Assembly (NCBI GenBank): GCA_012295275.1
Contig: CM022665.1
Span: 17,732,001 to 17,796,000, forward strand
Reading direction: 5' to 3'
Source of the DNA: Chrysomallon squamiferum
Lineage: Eukaryota; Animalia; Mollusca
DNA: 64,000 bases
Shown: in pieces, positions 1-15,076 of the stretch
Layout of the letters: each line of letters begins with the position of its first letter
Numbering within the stretch: position 1 is the first letter of the stretch
Notes under the pieces: generated by a model
Told to the model about the DNA's origin: nothing
What the model saw: only the letters and a program-made list of their open reading frames with translations
The model's database searches: none
Position numbers and translations under genes: made by a program

Positions 1-1348
1 CAAGGTAGATACATATACAAAACAACACAACCACACAGATATTAATTGCCCATAGGTAAAAGCATAGATAAACTTACAGTAGAGTACAATGATAATACAT
101 TAATAAGCTCCTAACAATAAAAATGATTTAAATATGTACCTCATGGGCAAACCTCTGAAAATGTTCATTTTCAATATACATGATGTCAGGGGAGACCTGT
201 CAGTTGTATTATTCTGTATAGAAGTACTTCAATTTAGAATACAAAATTTATTAACATGTTTTTAATCCATAAAAATAGTTCAAGCATGAATGAGATGGGC
301 CAGATTTCCTTAAACATTTTCATAAATCTTGATGTATATTTAATAATTTGTGAATAGACAGTTATAATAAGATATAATATTTATTAACGTGTTCCTGTTC
401 TTGAAAAATAGTTCAAGCATGAATGAGGTGGGCAAAACATCCCACAAGTGTGTAACATCATTGTAACACATGATGCATATTTAACAGCATAGGAGTACAT
501 TTGATTCTCTGTCAACACAATCAACCAAGTTTGTTGTAAAACATCAGCCCTTGTTTGCAGTGAGTGAGTTACCTGGTCTATTAATCTCACCTGAAAAACC
601 AGGTAAACATTACCTCTTCTCCTAACAATGTTATATCTGTCAAGAACAGTGATGTCCAAGGCTATAAATTTGCAGGTCAAACATACAGGTTTGATGTAAT
701 CAAATAAAATCATAAATGGAATATATCCAGTGTTAGTAACACAGAACAAATATGTGATGAGTTGAAAAATATACCTGTAGTTAATGTAATTCTGAAATAA
801 TTATTGTTTTTGTTAAAATAATTAAAACAATACATTTATAAGTTGTTGTTTTTTTTTTTTTATTATTTACTTGTTTATAATAATGTTGATAATGATGATG
901 GTGATGATAATAATAATAATAATGATAATGATAAAAATAGTAATGATGATGATGATGATAATAATAATAATGACAGTCATAATAATAATAATAATTATTA
1001 TTATTATTATTATTATTATAATAGTAGTAGTGGTACTAACAACAATGATAATAATAGTGATAAAAAACAATAGTAATAATGATAATAATGATAGTAATAA
1101 TAATAATAATAGCAGTAGTAATAATAAGAAAATAATAACAATAGTAATAAATTTGAATTCAAAAATAAATAAATCGAATTTAAAAAAAAAAAAATATATA
1201 AACCATATAAAAAACAAAAACAAAACAAAACAAAAACAAAACAAAACAAAAACAAACAAAAAAAAATAAAAAAGTTACAAAAACACATTCAAAAGCCCAC
1301 AAAGAAACACAACAAAGGAAAACAATAAAGCTTGAAGCCAAAATATGT

Positions 1349-1386
<38 letters not shown>

Positions 1387-1689
1387 TAAATAAAATTAAA
1401 AATTACAGGTGACATAGATAAACTTTTCAACTATGTCAAGTTATTTACCCTCTTTATCCCTACATCATGACTGAGGTGGTGATCAACACAAGAAAGTGGG
1501 AGTAGTGTAGATGATGTTTGCTTGGTTTATAGAATAATACGAAATCTGTGCTTGCTGATGAAATGTCTGTGGAAAATTTCACTTGTTTCTTTTCTAGTGT
1601 TTGGCTTTCATCTCGTAGTCACGCGAGATATTCTTTTGATCTGTGCTTTATATTGCTCTTTTTGTAAAACTTGGCCTAGAATCAACTGG

Positions 1690-2165
1690 CTTTTCCTGTG
1701 AATCAACCACAGAATTGTATAAAGATGTAATATTTAATGTATGTGTTCTGTGAATCAACCACAGAATTGTGTACAGATGTAATATCTGGTATATGTGTTC
1801 TGTGAATTAACTACACCACTATATGATACAATGACATAACATCTACTATGTATTTTACAAATTACTAAATATGAAACTGTCATAGAATTGTATAGTGTTT
1901 TAATATCTAGTAGCCTACATGTGTTCACTGAATTTATCATTGGACAACATAATACTGACTTAATAGCTACTGTATATTTTATAAATGACTAAATGGCTAG
2001 TATATATAATATATTGATTTAATGTTTACATATGTTCTGTGAATTACAAACAAAATTATTGTATGTACTGACATAATATCTAACATATGTTGTTGATAAA
2101 CTAAAAGACTCTGTATTCAAGTAATATCTAATGTAATATGTTTTATGAATTAGCTACAAACCTAT
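1690..2165. repeat. Degenerate minisatellite, about 53-60 bp unit
   Basis: Recurring ttctgtgaat(c/t)aac...gtaatatct. Confidence 0.7.
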
Positions 2166-2175
2166 TTAAAATATA

Positions 2176-2217
<42 letters not shown>

Positions 2218-4143
2218 TATTTACACACACACACACACACATACATACATACTAAATCACATACATACATATACTGTTAATAAACCATAGAATTTTATAT
2301 GTCAAGACAGTATTTAGTGCTTTCATAGTATAAACAGGTATATTTTATGTTTTTAAATTCTTTTTTTCTTTAATTTGCTGTAAATTATTAACAGCAGTTC
2401 TCTGTTACATGAGTTGATATGCATCTTATATTTATAATATTATTAGTGAATATTGTTTAACCTAGAAATAATGAACAAATTGTCATTTATCAAATTGACT
2501 TTAATGCATATAAGATAAATACATGTATGTGTGTGTGTATCTAACTATCTATATATGTGCGTGTGCGTGTGTGTGTGTGTATACACACACACACACACAC
2601 ACACATACACACACACACATACATAAACACATATATAATTATACATATTTACATAACTGATAATTCTAACACAAATACAGGTAAAGTCTACATGTTCACA
2701 CACAAATACACACACACAAATATTCCAGTAGTGACATTCCTAATGTTGAAGAAAATATTTTAAAAATTTACTCTATTCTTATAAATCAGCAGTTACCCAT
2801 CCCACTGTTAAACATTGGCTTCTTCTCTAAAGCTGTCTGTGAAATAAATTCATGCTTTTTATAAACACTTTCATTCTTCTCAGTGAAAAATACATAACTG
2901 TTTGATTTTTACTATGTGGAGCAGTGTAAACATTTTGTCACACTTTGTTACACTTTGTTACACATTGTTACAGTATTGCACATTGTCACACAGTGTTGTA
3001 CTCGGACATGAAAGAGATTCTGTCACAGCTCACTTTGTAGACAGGTTTGTTTAAGGTGTACCTGTGATCTTGTGAACAAACAGTCTCAATACTTCCATGT
3101 CAGCATATTTTGTGAAAACCACCCTTTGCTAATAATAAAGTTCAAGATATTGTAGTTTTCGTTTCTTTGATCATGTCTTACACACACACACAGACACACA
3201 CACACAAACACACATATATATGTCTGTGTCTGTGTATATATGTGTATACATGTAAGTGTCTGTGCATTTGTCTATATGTGTGCATCTGTGTGTATGAATG
3301 TGTGTGTGTGTGTGTGTTTGAGTGTCTATGCATGTATTATATGTGTGTATATGTAAAAACTTTCTAATTCATGACAGAAATAAACATGCATGAATGAGCA
3401 CATTTTTCATAGACATGATACCATATACCACAGATTTTTATGCACCAGTTGTGAGTCAGAAACTTATGTCTTTCTCTCAATCTGTGCATGTCTCAGCATT
3501 TACATTAAAAAACCATACATCTCCCAGAACATCTGCTGTGTGATACATAACATATGTCACACAGTGAAAAACTACATCATTGTACTTGTTTCACCTCATA
3601 CATTAATTATTAATATTCACCTGATTGGACCTAGTTGGTCATGCAACAATTAATTTCACAGAAAAGAAAAAATCATTTCTTCTTTTACAATTAGAGATAA
3701 AAATAGTTGAGCTGTGTGGCCAGAGAATTGTTTTACATTTGATACAGTGTTGAAAACATGAAAAGAAAACATTTAAAAAAAAAATATATATATATATAGA
3801 AAGATTTTTGGGTAAGTCTGCTGACACATTTTTCAACCTAACTAGTTCTAAACAACAATGAATTTCAGAAAAAAAAAGAGAAAAAAAATTTCACTACCTT
3901 GTTTGTTCATTTCACTTTTTCCCATTCAACCCAAGGCTCCATATTTAGTTTATCAAAGAGAATGTGGTTTCCTGTCTGTGTGTATATATGTTCATAAACA
4001 TACACACACACATACACAGACATATAAATATATATACATATATGCATCTATATGTATATATAATATGCTTGTATGGATATGTGTGTGTGTGTCTGTGTGT
4101 GTGTGTTATATGCTTGTGTGTATATATATATGTATTATATGGT

Positions 4144-4203
<60 letters not shown>

Positions 4204-5539
4204 TGTATGTATGTATGTATGTATGTATGTATGTATGCATGCATGAATGTATGCATGTGTGTCTGTTTGATATCAGATACCTGCCTAAGCCAAAATATGC
4301 TGAGCTATCTGTAAGGAAACTTTCAAACATCGTAACACAGTAGTGTGGTGACTAATAAACAAATATGTTAGCTAAAACAAAAAAAGACACTTCGACAATT
4401 TCTAGTATTTGACTTGTTTTTCATCTCCACCCTGACCCAGGGCAGGGATTAGATACACTGGTAATTTTACTCTCAGACTGCAGCCACTCAGTGAAACATC
4501 ATCTCTGCTAATCACATATTACAGGGCAAGAGTCACATTCTGCCGTGACTCTGCATGTCAAAGTAGTCACCTGTTATTTTTGTTGTTTTACAGTAGCATA
4601 TCAGTTTTATTGCATGGTCACTTAATAGCTGTGTGTATCTGGTGTAGAAAGATAGATAGTTTGTATGTATGCATGTGCTTACTTACATAGATGCATAGCT
4701 CCCCCATCACACATGCATATATACATAAATACAAACACACATATGTACATGCATACATACATACTGAAAGAGACATATATACATATAACTACATATCTAC
4801 AGATATGAAAAAAATGTATGTATGCATGTGCGTGTGAATGTCTTTTTATCTTTTTCTGAAGATATATATGTATATATATATATATTTTTTAATTCAGGTT
4901 TAAAAAATGATTTTTAAAATATATGTGCTAATTAATTAATACATTAAATATTAAAACTGAAAAAAAGAGGAAATAAACAGACATATTTTAACACATTGTC
5001 AGATACTAGTTTCATTGTATATCAGATATATGTTAAAAACATGGTCAGTTAATACATAAATAAATATCAGTTTTATTATATATCAGATATATTTTACATG
5101 AACATGAACAGTTATTATATAGATAAATATTGATTTTATCATGCAGTCATACAGTACATGAAACAGATATCAGTTTTATTGTAAATCGGTCAAATCACAT
5201 TATCATTCATCTCTTTAGTCCATGTGAGTTTTCTAAACAAGCTGTTTACCATAAATTTTTTGTCAGTCACAGGTAACATAAAGAACTATTATTCACAGGA
5301 GAAAGTTATTTGAATATTTTTTATTCCCTGCAGGAAATAGAATAATAAATATATGTGTTAGTGGGTTTATATCTGCTTAAATCAAATGCTGATAAATGGT
5401 GATTCATTTTTAAAAAGTTCTACTTTGTTTTATTTTGGTTCATTGTATTGTATTGTACAATATTATATTATACTGCATTTTCCTACAGGTTTTAGATTTA
5501 ATGTCAAACTTAAGATTACTGATAGTTAGAGATACCATT

Positions 5540-5605
<66 letters not shown>

Positions 5606-6211
5606 GTTTCTATTAATTTAAAACTATTTTTTAAAAAGAATTAAACATTAAAAGATATGCAGTTATACCGCAACCACTAATTTTTCAAACCAATTCTTTA
5701 TGGTACAGGGTGGGGGAAATATCTGCATTTATTTCGCATTTATTCTGCTGGCAGGAAAATCACTATAATTAAATTTGCAGCTTTCCTACCAAAGTCACTT
5801 TAACTTGCTACGTTCCATGGTGTAGCTCTGTAACAATGCAGGATTAACCTGGATTATGGTTTCTGCTTTCTCTGCAGGGAATGTGTGGCATGCTGTATTC
5901 TTACTGTGGTTGGCAAATCTACTGAAATGTCACAATAGTAATTACCTTTTATTGTTTCGTTTGTCATGGTGGCTTTAACACTGTTTATGCTTGACTGGTT
6001 TCATATGACTGCATATAATATCTTACCTTGATGGATTTGTATCCAGAAAAATATCAACATTTTCTGTCTCTGTGCCTGAGGTTGAAAATATTTTTAAAAA
6101 TTTTTTAAAAAAGAAAGAAAAGAATTTTATGATTAATCTGTTTAAATATGAAGTCAGATAATAATAATAATGATTATGATAATGATAATAGTGAAAATAA
6201 TAATAATAAAA

Positions 6212-6250
<39 letters not shown>

Positions 6251-7650
6251 GTAACAATAATAATAATAGCAATAATAATAATAACAACAACAACAACAAT
6301 AATAATAAAAATAAAATGCAAAGCCTTTCTGAAGAAAAAAAAAATATATATATATATATAATTCAAATTAATAGCAATTTAACAAAAATCCCTAAAGAAA
6401 TAAAAATAAAAATAATTTATAATAAAAAAAATAAAATAAAATAAAATAAAATATAAAAAATAAAACCAAACTAAGAAACAAATGCCCCCAAAACCCAACA
6501 AATATAATCAGTTTTTTTTCTCTCAAACATACTGAAATGTTTAAAAAAAGTGAATATGAAACCAAAATTTTAAAAATTATTTTTCCTTGTCAATATTGAA
6601 CATCTGTGCAGACTTTAATTCTGATTTTATTAAAAAACACAAAAAAACAATAATAAATGAATTTATAAAGCAAAACTGATTACTATGTAAATGGTGTTTA
6701 CAAGTTTATCTCCACTGCTGTTCTGTCTTTACAATAGTCTGTCTGTCTGTCTGCCTGTATGTATTTACCAATCCATCTGTCCATCCATCCATTTATTAAT
6801 CAGTTCATTAGTACTTTCATTCATCAGTATTTCATTCATTCTTTCTTTTATTGTTCCATCCATTCATCCATTCATTACTTTATTCTTCCAACTGTTCATC
6901 CATTCATTCATTCCTCTTTTCATTCAGTCTTTCATTCATCCATGCATCCCTGTATCCATCCATTCATTCATGCTTCTTCTATACACCATCCATATATCCA
7001 TCACTTCATTCATCCATCCTTCCCATTTCAGGGTTTTTTTTTTTTTTTTTTTTCCATTTTATCATCAGGTCTTTGTTAGTCATTGACAATGAAACAAAGA
7101 AAAATTATTTATTTGTCTCCATGCAAGTCTGCATAGTGATAATAAATAAATTATTATTCTAGCATGTGTGACATACAACATTTATTTAACTCATTAATAA
7201 TTACTTGTTCTTGCAATGTGAGAACACATTTTTTTTTTCTTCGTCATTCCGAATAAAGCAAATATTTTCTTTCAAAATATATGATGAAAGTGTATTGGTG
7301 GTTGATATTTTAACAGTACCATTTAAAAATAAAATAAAAATTATGTTATATAAAAATTAAATGTTTCCACTACATATTAATAGGAAACGATAATTATCAT
7401 ATACACTGTGCATTTTAATTGTGCAGTTTAAATTATTTCTGCATATATGAATATTTTATGTATTATGAATGGATGAATGTTTTATATATGTATTTATGTA
7501 TGTGCATGTGTGTGTTTATGTATGTAGTTTAGTCAGAGACTGTTAACAACAGGTAACCACTTGACTTATTTACCATTCCAAATAGTGCTCATTCTTTATT
7601 ACATCAGTAATTACAATATCTGTTCATGGGGAAAAAATGTTTTATTTATT

Positions 7651-7682
<32 letters not shown>

Positions 7683-10237
7683 TTTAATTTAATTTTTAAT
7701 TTTATTTTTATTTTTATTTTTATTTTATTTATTAATTTAATTTAATTTAATTTAATTTAATTATTTTATTTTATTTTATTTTATTTTATATTATTTTATT
7801 TTATTTTATTTATTTATTATTATATGTTTTAAAAAGATTAATTCATGGAAATATAACAGTGGACTGGGATGGGAAAAAAATCTGTTTGATAAATGAAGTT
7901 GACAATTTCTTACCGTATTTCCTCAATAAATTGCTCCTGAGAATTTTATTTCATTTTTTTTTTTTTTAAACAATAGCTTATATAAATTATAATTAGCTAC
8001 TTCCATTAATTCCTTACAACAATACCTAATTTAAATCTCTGTCCTCACATTTTCTAGAAGGAGGAAAATAGTTTTAAAAATATTAATTCTTTCCCTCAGT
8101 TAATTATTCATGGAGAACAAGGAAATACGGTAAATGATTTGTTCAAATACAGTCTGCATGAGTCACTGATCACTTAGTCATTTATAAACAAACAAAAAAA
8201 ATAAAGAAATAAAAAATAAAAAATCCTCAGGGTGTGTGTATGTTTGGATTGAGTATGTTTCTACATAACCTGTTTGTATTTATAAGTGCTAATGTTTTTT
8301 GTGTGTGTTTTTCAATACCTTTGTTTCTCTATATAATCTCTGCATGTATAATTTGTATCATAGTTATGTTATAGTGATAATACTGTGTATTTCTGACTAT
8401 ACGTGCATGTATCTGTATGTGTATATATATATGTATGTTTGTTTATGTATATGTTTGTGTATGTATATATATGTTTATATGTATATATGTGTCTGTTCAT
8501 ATGTATGTATGTATTTCAGGATTTTAATATATATGTATGTCTGTGTATAATTATGTCTATATGTGTACATGTAAAATTTAATGTATATTTGTAAATATAG
8601 TTATATTAATTACAGCAAAAACATGAGTTCATACTGTACATAAAAGTATATGCATGCATATGTGTGGGTGTATATAAAGTATGCATGTATACATGTGTGT
8701 GTGTGTGTGTGAAATCATGCATGTGCATATTTACATATCTGCAGGTTTATTATATATTCACATATGAATTAAATATGTTAATAGGTACAGACATTTCTGA
8801 TAATGTAAGAATATGACAGTTTGTTTTAAAATTATTATATATTCATATATGAATTAAATGTTTAGGTACAGTCATTACAAATTGTTTTACAATTTAAAAC
8901 TATGTATCACAGTATCTGATATTTAAAAAAAACAAAAAAACTTTCGTCTTTGAACTTCTACAGTATCGTGACAACTAGATTTTACTCAGTATATCTGATA
9001 ATCACACTGAGGTGAGATCATCAGATTTTGAGATAGAAACACTTCCTTTTTGTCATGTCAGCCTGATAACAGTCTTATTATCCAGATTCGCAACTTCGCA
9101 TGTCCATGTATATTACACACATTAAAAGTGCTGGTAGACTACTCTTTAGCTATTAAGCTTTCATGGTATTGTAACGTATAGTTTTTAAAATTATCATGGT
9201 ACAGCTCTGTGTGAAAATGTTGTAAAATACTGTTGACAAAGTACTGCTTATTAAAACACTGCTTGTACTTTGACACTGAATTATTAATTACCTGTGTTGC
9301 AGTGGCTCATAGGTTACACCCAGTGGTAGAGTATTTTCTGTTATTGAACACCAGCAGTTCAGTGTAAGTTAGTTAATACAAGTTGGTAGTGTTTTTCTGC
9401 TGATAGGCAGAGGAGATATGCTATTGTTTGGCTAATACACACCATTCTGGTGTAGTATTATCAAGTTATTACATACTGTTGGTGTGCAGTATTGTTTACT
9501 GTTGTGGGTTTGGAGCATTAACCAGATATTGCACATTGATGATGTGAAGAATCAACTAATTATTATACAGTGTTCATGTGGACTATCAGCATTACGTTTC
9601 ATGTTGAGCATTACACACTGTTGATGTGAATTCTTACACACTGTTGATATACAGTATCAATTACAAAACAGCAGGGCTATACTAAGTAACAGTACAGCCT
9701 GGTTGTGATGTGATATACAAGAGAAGACACCTGTGTAGATAACAGAGATATTTGTTAATGGGGAGATTAATTGCAAGACACTCTGTGTTTCTCCTGTTTC
9801 CACTGTAGCTGAATATGAGAAGCAAGGTTAAAAACAGAAACATGAAATGGTAGGTATATATATATTTTTTTTTTTTCTGCAGCTAGTATTTGGTTACAGG
9901 TGGTGTGATGTTCTGAGGATTTCATCATGTATTTTTTAGCTTTATTTAAATGAAGAAAACTGGTTGCAGGCAATGACGTCAAATACATACATGCATGAAC
10001 ACATACAAACAAACATACATGCATAATATATATACACATACATACATCCATACATGTATATATACATACATAGATAATGTTCCACATCAACACCTACAAA
10101 TACATACACACAACATGCATGCACACATACATTCATTTACATATTCATTCTCACCCGCATACACTGACATAAACACATGCACTTACATACATAGTCAGAT
10201 CCTGACATGCATGCACACACACACAGAGATACCATTA

Positions 10238-10301
<64 letters not shown>

Positions 10302-11008
10302 CAATTACACAGACTGTACCCACATTTAAACACAAAATATTTGTTGCTGAGTGTTCAGGTGTGACAGATCCCTAAGTGAAACTTTACACTGAACTGGCCA
10401 CTCCCTCCACTCTGACACATACCTCTAACATACACAAATCACAAGTGAGTGAGCTCTGGCAATATTGAGAAAATAATCATACTGGAACTAAATAAATTAA
10501 GTGGACTGATCTCCAGGTACCAGACCAATTATCCAGCATCCTGAAATCCAGAAAGACCACAAAACTGAAAGTTTTTTCCTCAATGCTATTTTCAAACATT
10601 GCATGTGCAGGGGTGTTGTCCTCACCAGACTGGAACTACTCTTTCAAGCCACATGGCGTTCATTCACTTGCCACATTGTTTATGTGTCAAGTCGCCACAG
10701 TTGTGTATCATCAATTTTCTTTATGTTTTTAATTTTAAATTGTTTATGCCTAATTATCTACATATTTAGATGCCTTGGTACCAGAAAACTGGAAAGCCTC
10801 AGGTCCCAAGGAGTCCAGATAATTTGTCCCGTACCTGTATATATCATTTTGAACTTTATTGGAAGACAAATGAAAAAGAAAGAAACCAAAACACAAATCT
10901 GCCAAACATTTTTTTTTAGCGCCTACAGACATAATTTCCCATTCCAGACAGTCTATAGTATATTCTTCATTGTTTAGGAAAGTGGTATTCATGAAAATAT
11001 ATAAATAT

Positions 11009-11045
<37 letters not shown>

Positions 11046-11319
11046 TGTGTAGAGGTAGTTGTGTACATTGAATATAAAATGATTATGTGTACGTATACAC
11101 GTACATACACACACACATGTTTGATATTAATATGTCTTTGTATATATATGTATATATACATATGTGTGTGAATGTGTATGCAGATGTAGTTGTGTACATT
11201 GAATATAAAATGGTTATGTATTTGTATACACACATGCACACACACGTTTGATATTTGTATGTCTTTGTATATGTGTTTGTGTGTGTGTGTGTATATATAT
11301 ATGTATGTATTTATACATA

Positions 11320-11361
<42 letters not shown>

Positions 11362-12393
11362 CATTATAGGTATTTATTATCTACATATATTTTGAGAGCT
11401 TGCTGGTGAAAAATCACACTTAACACACAGATATTATTTATTGACACAGGCTGGGAGTGGTAGAACACCAGTGATTTATAATGTGTGACAAGCTGCTGCT
11501 GTAATCTGATAGCTCCTTGTTTTTAGTCTGAACTTTAGAGAAGAAAAACAGCAACACATTATTAATGTTGATTAATTGTATAAGGAAGGTGTTAGAGATG
11601 AATGTATTTGTGTTTAATTATAAATTAAAAAAACCCCACATTATGTTGTTTTGAAGAATTGTCTAAAAAATGTAAAATATTGTTTTTTAATGTTGTGATG
11701 AAGAAAAGTTTACTGTTTGGTACTTGTTTACTTGTTTTATTTACTTATATGTCTCTCTCTCACTCTCTCTCTCTCTCTTTATTTTGCTCTGTACCTCCAT
11801 CCCTTCTCACTCCCTGCTCTTCTCATTCTTTCCATATCTTTTTACACCCTTCTCTCTGTCTGTTTCTCACTCACTCTGTTTTTATTTCTCTCTCTCTGAC
11901 TATTCCTTGCTGTCTGTATCTCTCTCACTCTCTCTCTTTCTGTAGGCCTATGTATCTCTCTCCCTGCCTTTCCTTTCCAGCTTTCTTTCTCCTTCTCCTT
12001 AACTCTCTCTCTCTCCTTTTCTATATCTCATATTTACTTCTCCATTATCAATTCCAAAAACTGTCTGTTATTCTGATTTTCTCAATATCCAAGTTGAATA
12101 TACTCACATTGTACATATGTATATCAGCATACAAAATATTGAGACAAAATTTTGTTTTGCAGTACGAAGGTTTTTAAAAAGAAATAGAGGACATGTTTCT
12201 TAGAGTAATATTCTTGTTACAAAATAAATTATTCAACAATATTTTATTATTCACTGTAATAACATGTAAATAATCATGCATTTATGTATTTATCTATGTG
12301 TATGTGTGAGTAGTGTCTGTGTATGTATATATTTATATAGGTATGTATGTATGTCAAATACATCTTATAACTATTTCCATTTTCTGTTTACAG

Positions 12394-12467
12394 TGAATAT
12401 GCACCAAGAACAGTGATACTACAGAAAGGATCTGAAGGATTTGGTTTTGTCCTGCGAGGTGCAAAAT
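12394..12467 (+). CDS. SHANK: Shank/ProSAP exon, start of PDZ domain (EYAPRTVILQKGSEGFGFVLRGAK); upstream ANK/SH3 exons not found in the window
   Basis: Acceptor tttctgtttacag, donor GTAAGT at 12468. GFGFVLRGAK is the Shank-type PDZ carboxylate-binding loop. Phase-1 end joins in frame to the exon at 23260. Confidence 0.93.
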
Positions 12468-12594
12468 GTAAGTTTTAACATTTTTATTTTTTTACTTCTT
12501 ACAGCTAAAGCTTCCTACTCACCTTTCAGATGTCATGAAAAATCAGCAATCATGATTTTTGTGTTGTTGGTTTTCAGCAAACTAACAATATTAA

Positions 12595-12862
12595 ATAACT
12601 TATCTGGTTACTACCTGTAACTAATATCTCATTGTTATCTGATTATTACCTGTAATTTACCTGATTATTGCATCTCACTGATACCTGTAATTTACCAATA
12701 ACATCTCACTGTCATTTGTGATTTACCTATTTCACATTTCACTGTTACTTAGTTGTTGCCTGTGACTTACTTATTACAACTCATTGCTATCTAGTTATTA
12801 CCTTTGATTTACCTGACTATTACATCTAATTGTTACCTGGTTATTACCTGTGATTTACTTGT
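12595..12862. repeat. Degenerate minisatellite (ttacctgtgatttac / catctcact units)
   Basis: The motif recurs roughly every 35-45 nt. Confidence 0.7.
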
Positions 12863-13538
12863 GATACACACACACACACACACACATACACATTAAGGAG
12901 CATATATACATACTTACTTACATTACCTATACATACATAATGCATATAAGTAGGCATTCATACCTTAAAGTATAAATTATCTTCATATACACAAACAGCA
13001 ATGTCACAAGCAATATATCATTGAAAAGAATGAAATAAGTGGTCTTTTCATTTCATTCAAAGTGGCCTCAGTGGTATTTGAAAGGTAGATATCATCAGAA
13101 CTTTGTCACTATTTGATTCTGTCCTGATATACTTTTACAGTAGCCTTTATATCAGTACAGATAAAATATTTATTTCCTCACTCAGTTGTACATTATATTT
13201 GGAATACCTGAATGAAACAAAATTAGACCCCCAGTGCTGTTTGAGTTTTGTTGAGGACAGTTGGCAAAGATATGATATTAGTTATGAGAAAATGTAAATG
13301 TTAAAAAGCTAATTGTGTAGAAGTGTATGGAAAATTACTGTGTCAGTGTCTCAGAGAGAAAAAAATGTAAGGGACGACACACATAATGAGAGGAACAGTG
13401 AAGCAGAAATACTGAGAGAGAGAAACATATAAGAGACAATGAAACAGAAAGAAGAAAATTCATAAATAGAAAAATTGAGACAAAGAGTAAATTGTGATGT
13501 AAATACAGACTCATGGAGATGTAGATAGAGTTAGAAAA

Positions 13539-13582
<44 letters not shown>

Positions 13583-14214
13583 TGTGGGGAGAAAAAGATT
13601 TTTCAAAATGATTGTTTTTTTTCAAGACCATCATATAATTCTAGACACATTTCTGTTGAATCCAAGCTGAAAACTTCAACAATTTCTCACACTTCAATGT
13701 TTACAGTCCTTACATGTACATTACATGAACTGCATTAGGCACATAATTAACACCTGGATACAGCTATTCAACATCTAAAGCTGCAGCATATGACCATAGA
13801 GACAGCAACTTTGAAACAACACCTTTTACTCCCTGTTGCTTTAGTATGCTGTAATAAATTCTTACAGACCTCATATTTCAAAACAGACAACAATATCAGG
13901 TACAGCTGATTGTGGTGCAAAAATGGCACATTTTTTCCAGTGACTGGTTTATCACTAACAACAATAGCAAGGATATAGGAAAAAAAAGTACAAGACTTTG
14001 AATAAGTGAATAAGATAATGGTTTGACAATAGGTTAATAAATTTGATATTGCTAGAGATTAGGAATCAAACATTTAAATATTTTGATAGTAATGGCTATT
14101 GAAAAATCTTTGTTATGATGATATGAGTTATTCCCTTCAAAATAGAAGTAAAGCAAGTTTTGTTTGCATTTTCCCTTAAACATGAAAACATATTTTATGT
14201 CATCAATTCATAAG

Positions 14215-14620
14215 TTGCTTCTATGAATTAGCAACAAGGAGTCTTTTATATAAACTCCCCACGGAGTGGTCTACTTTATGATTTTGCAGCAATAAGACTT
14301 ATATATATATATATGTATGTATATATAAACATACTGATATGAAAAAATATATATTCTCTGCTATCATACAGATACTCTTTTCACTTTGCATCAGGTATTT
14401 TGTATATGCACACTGATGGAAGCAAAAAAATATATTCTCTGCTATGATTTTGTGAAGATACTCTTTTCAGTCTGCAGCAAAAGATCTTTTATGTATACAT
14501 ACTGACTGACATAAAAAAATTATATGTTTTCTGCCATCAGTTCATCAAATACTCATTTCAAGTTGCAGAAAGAAATCTGTTATATACACCTTATTATTGA
14601 CAGGAAATACATCCTATAGT
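14215..14620. repeat. Decayed tandemised copies of a dispersed repeat (tactctt..ttagcagcaag..tcttttatat); a related copy at about 18770-18850
   Basis: Four to five degenerate units of about 75 nt, and a homologous single segment 4.5 kb downstream. Confidence 0.55.
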
Positions 14621-15045
14621 AAAAAAAAAAAAAAAAAAAAGAAATACAAAAATATAAATACACAAGTAATGTAGTTTGAATGAACACACCCAGTGCAATA
14701 TCAAACAGAACAAGGTGTCAGAAATGTGGCCAATTTGTTTGACATTCCATCAGAGATTTGTTTGTGTTGCTTCATCACCAGTGTTGACATCATCAACATG
14801 AACAGTGATGGTTTGCAGAAATCTTCAACAAAATGTTTTTATTATGTAACAAGAGAAAACAATTTTTTTTTTTTTTTTTTTTTTTAAATAACAATAAAAA
14901 AAAAACGAACAACCTTGAAAACAAACAAAAAACAATGATATAATTTCTCCTCCTCATTACAAAAACATTGTGGGTTTTTTTTTCTTAAATTCTTTCTAAT
15001 ACTTTATGAATAAAAACTGATGATAATAATAAAAATAAAAATAAA

Positions 15046-15076
<31 letters not shown>

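Noticed and set aside
384-749. 121-aa minus-strand ORF
   Set aside because: Non-ATG start, no recognisable motif, antisense within a probable Shank intron.
843-1288. ORFs rich in N/I/Y/L (also 6148-6444, 45166-45756, 47204-47676, 58322-58561)
   Set aside because: Translations of (AAT)n/(GAT)n/(ACT)n trinucleotide repeats; no splice or domain support.
2557-4343. HTHT/CVCV/YIYI/SLSL/RERE ORFs (also 8.3-11.9, 16.6, 53.4 and 61.2-62.1 kb)
   Set aside because: Di- and tetranucleotide microsatellites that lack stop codons by composition.
10603-10977. 124-aa ORF and exon-like segment (MPWYQKTGKPQ...) in the Shank intron
   Set aside because: No donor in the phase-2 register needed to join 12394 and no Shank motif. 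The non-repetitive block may be regulatory, but I cannot support that.
1-12393. Search for Shank SH3/ankyrin exons
   Set aside because: No ALYDY/GWFP-like or ankyrin-like translation found by eye; these exons presumably lie left of the window.
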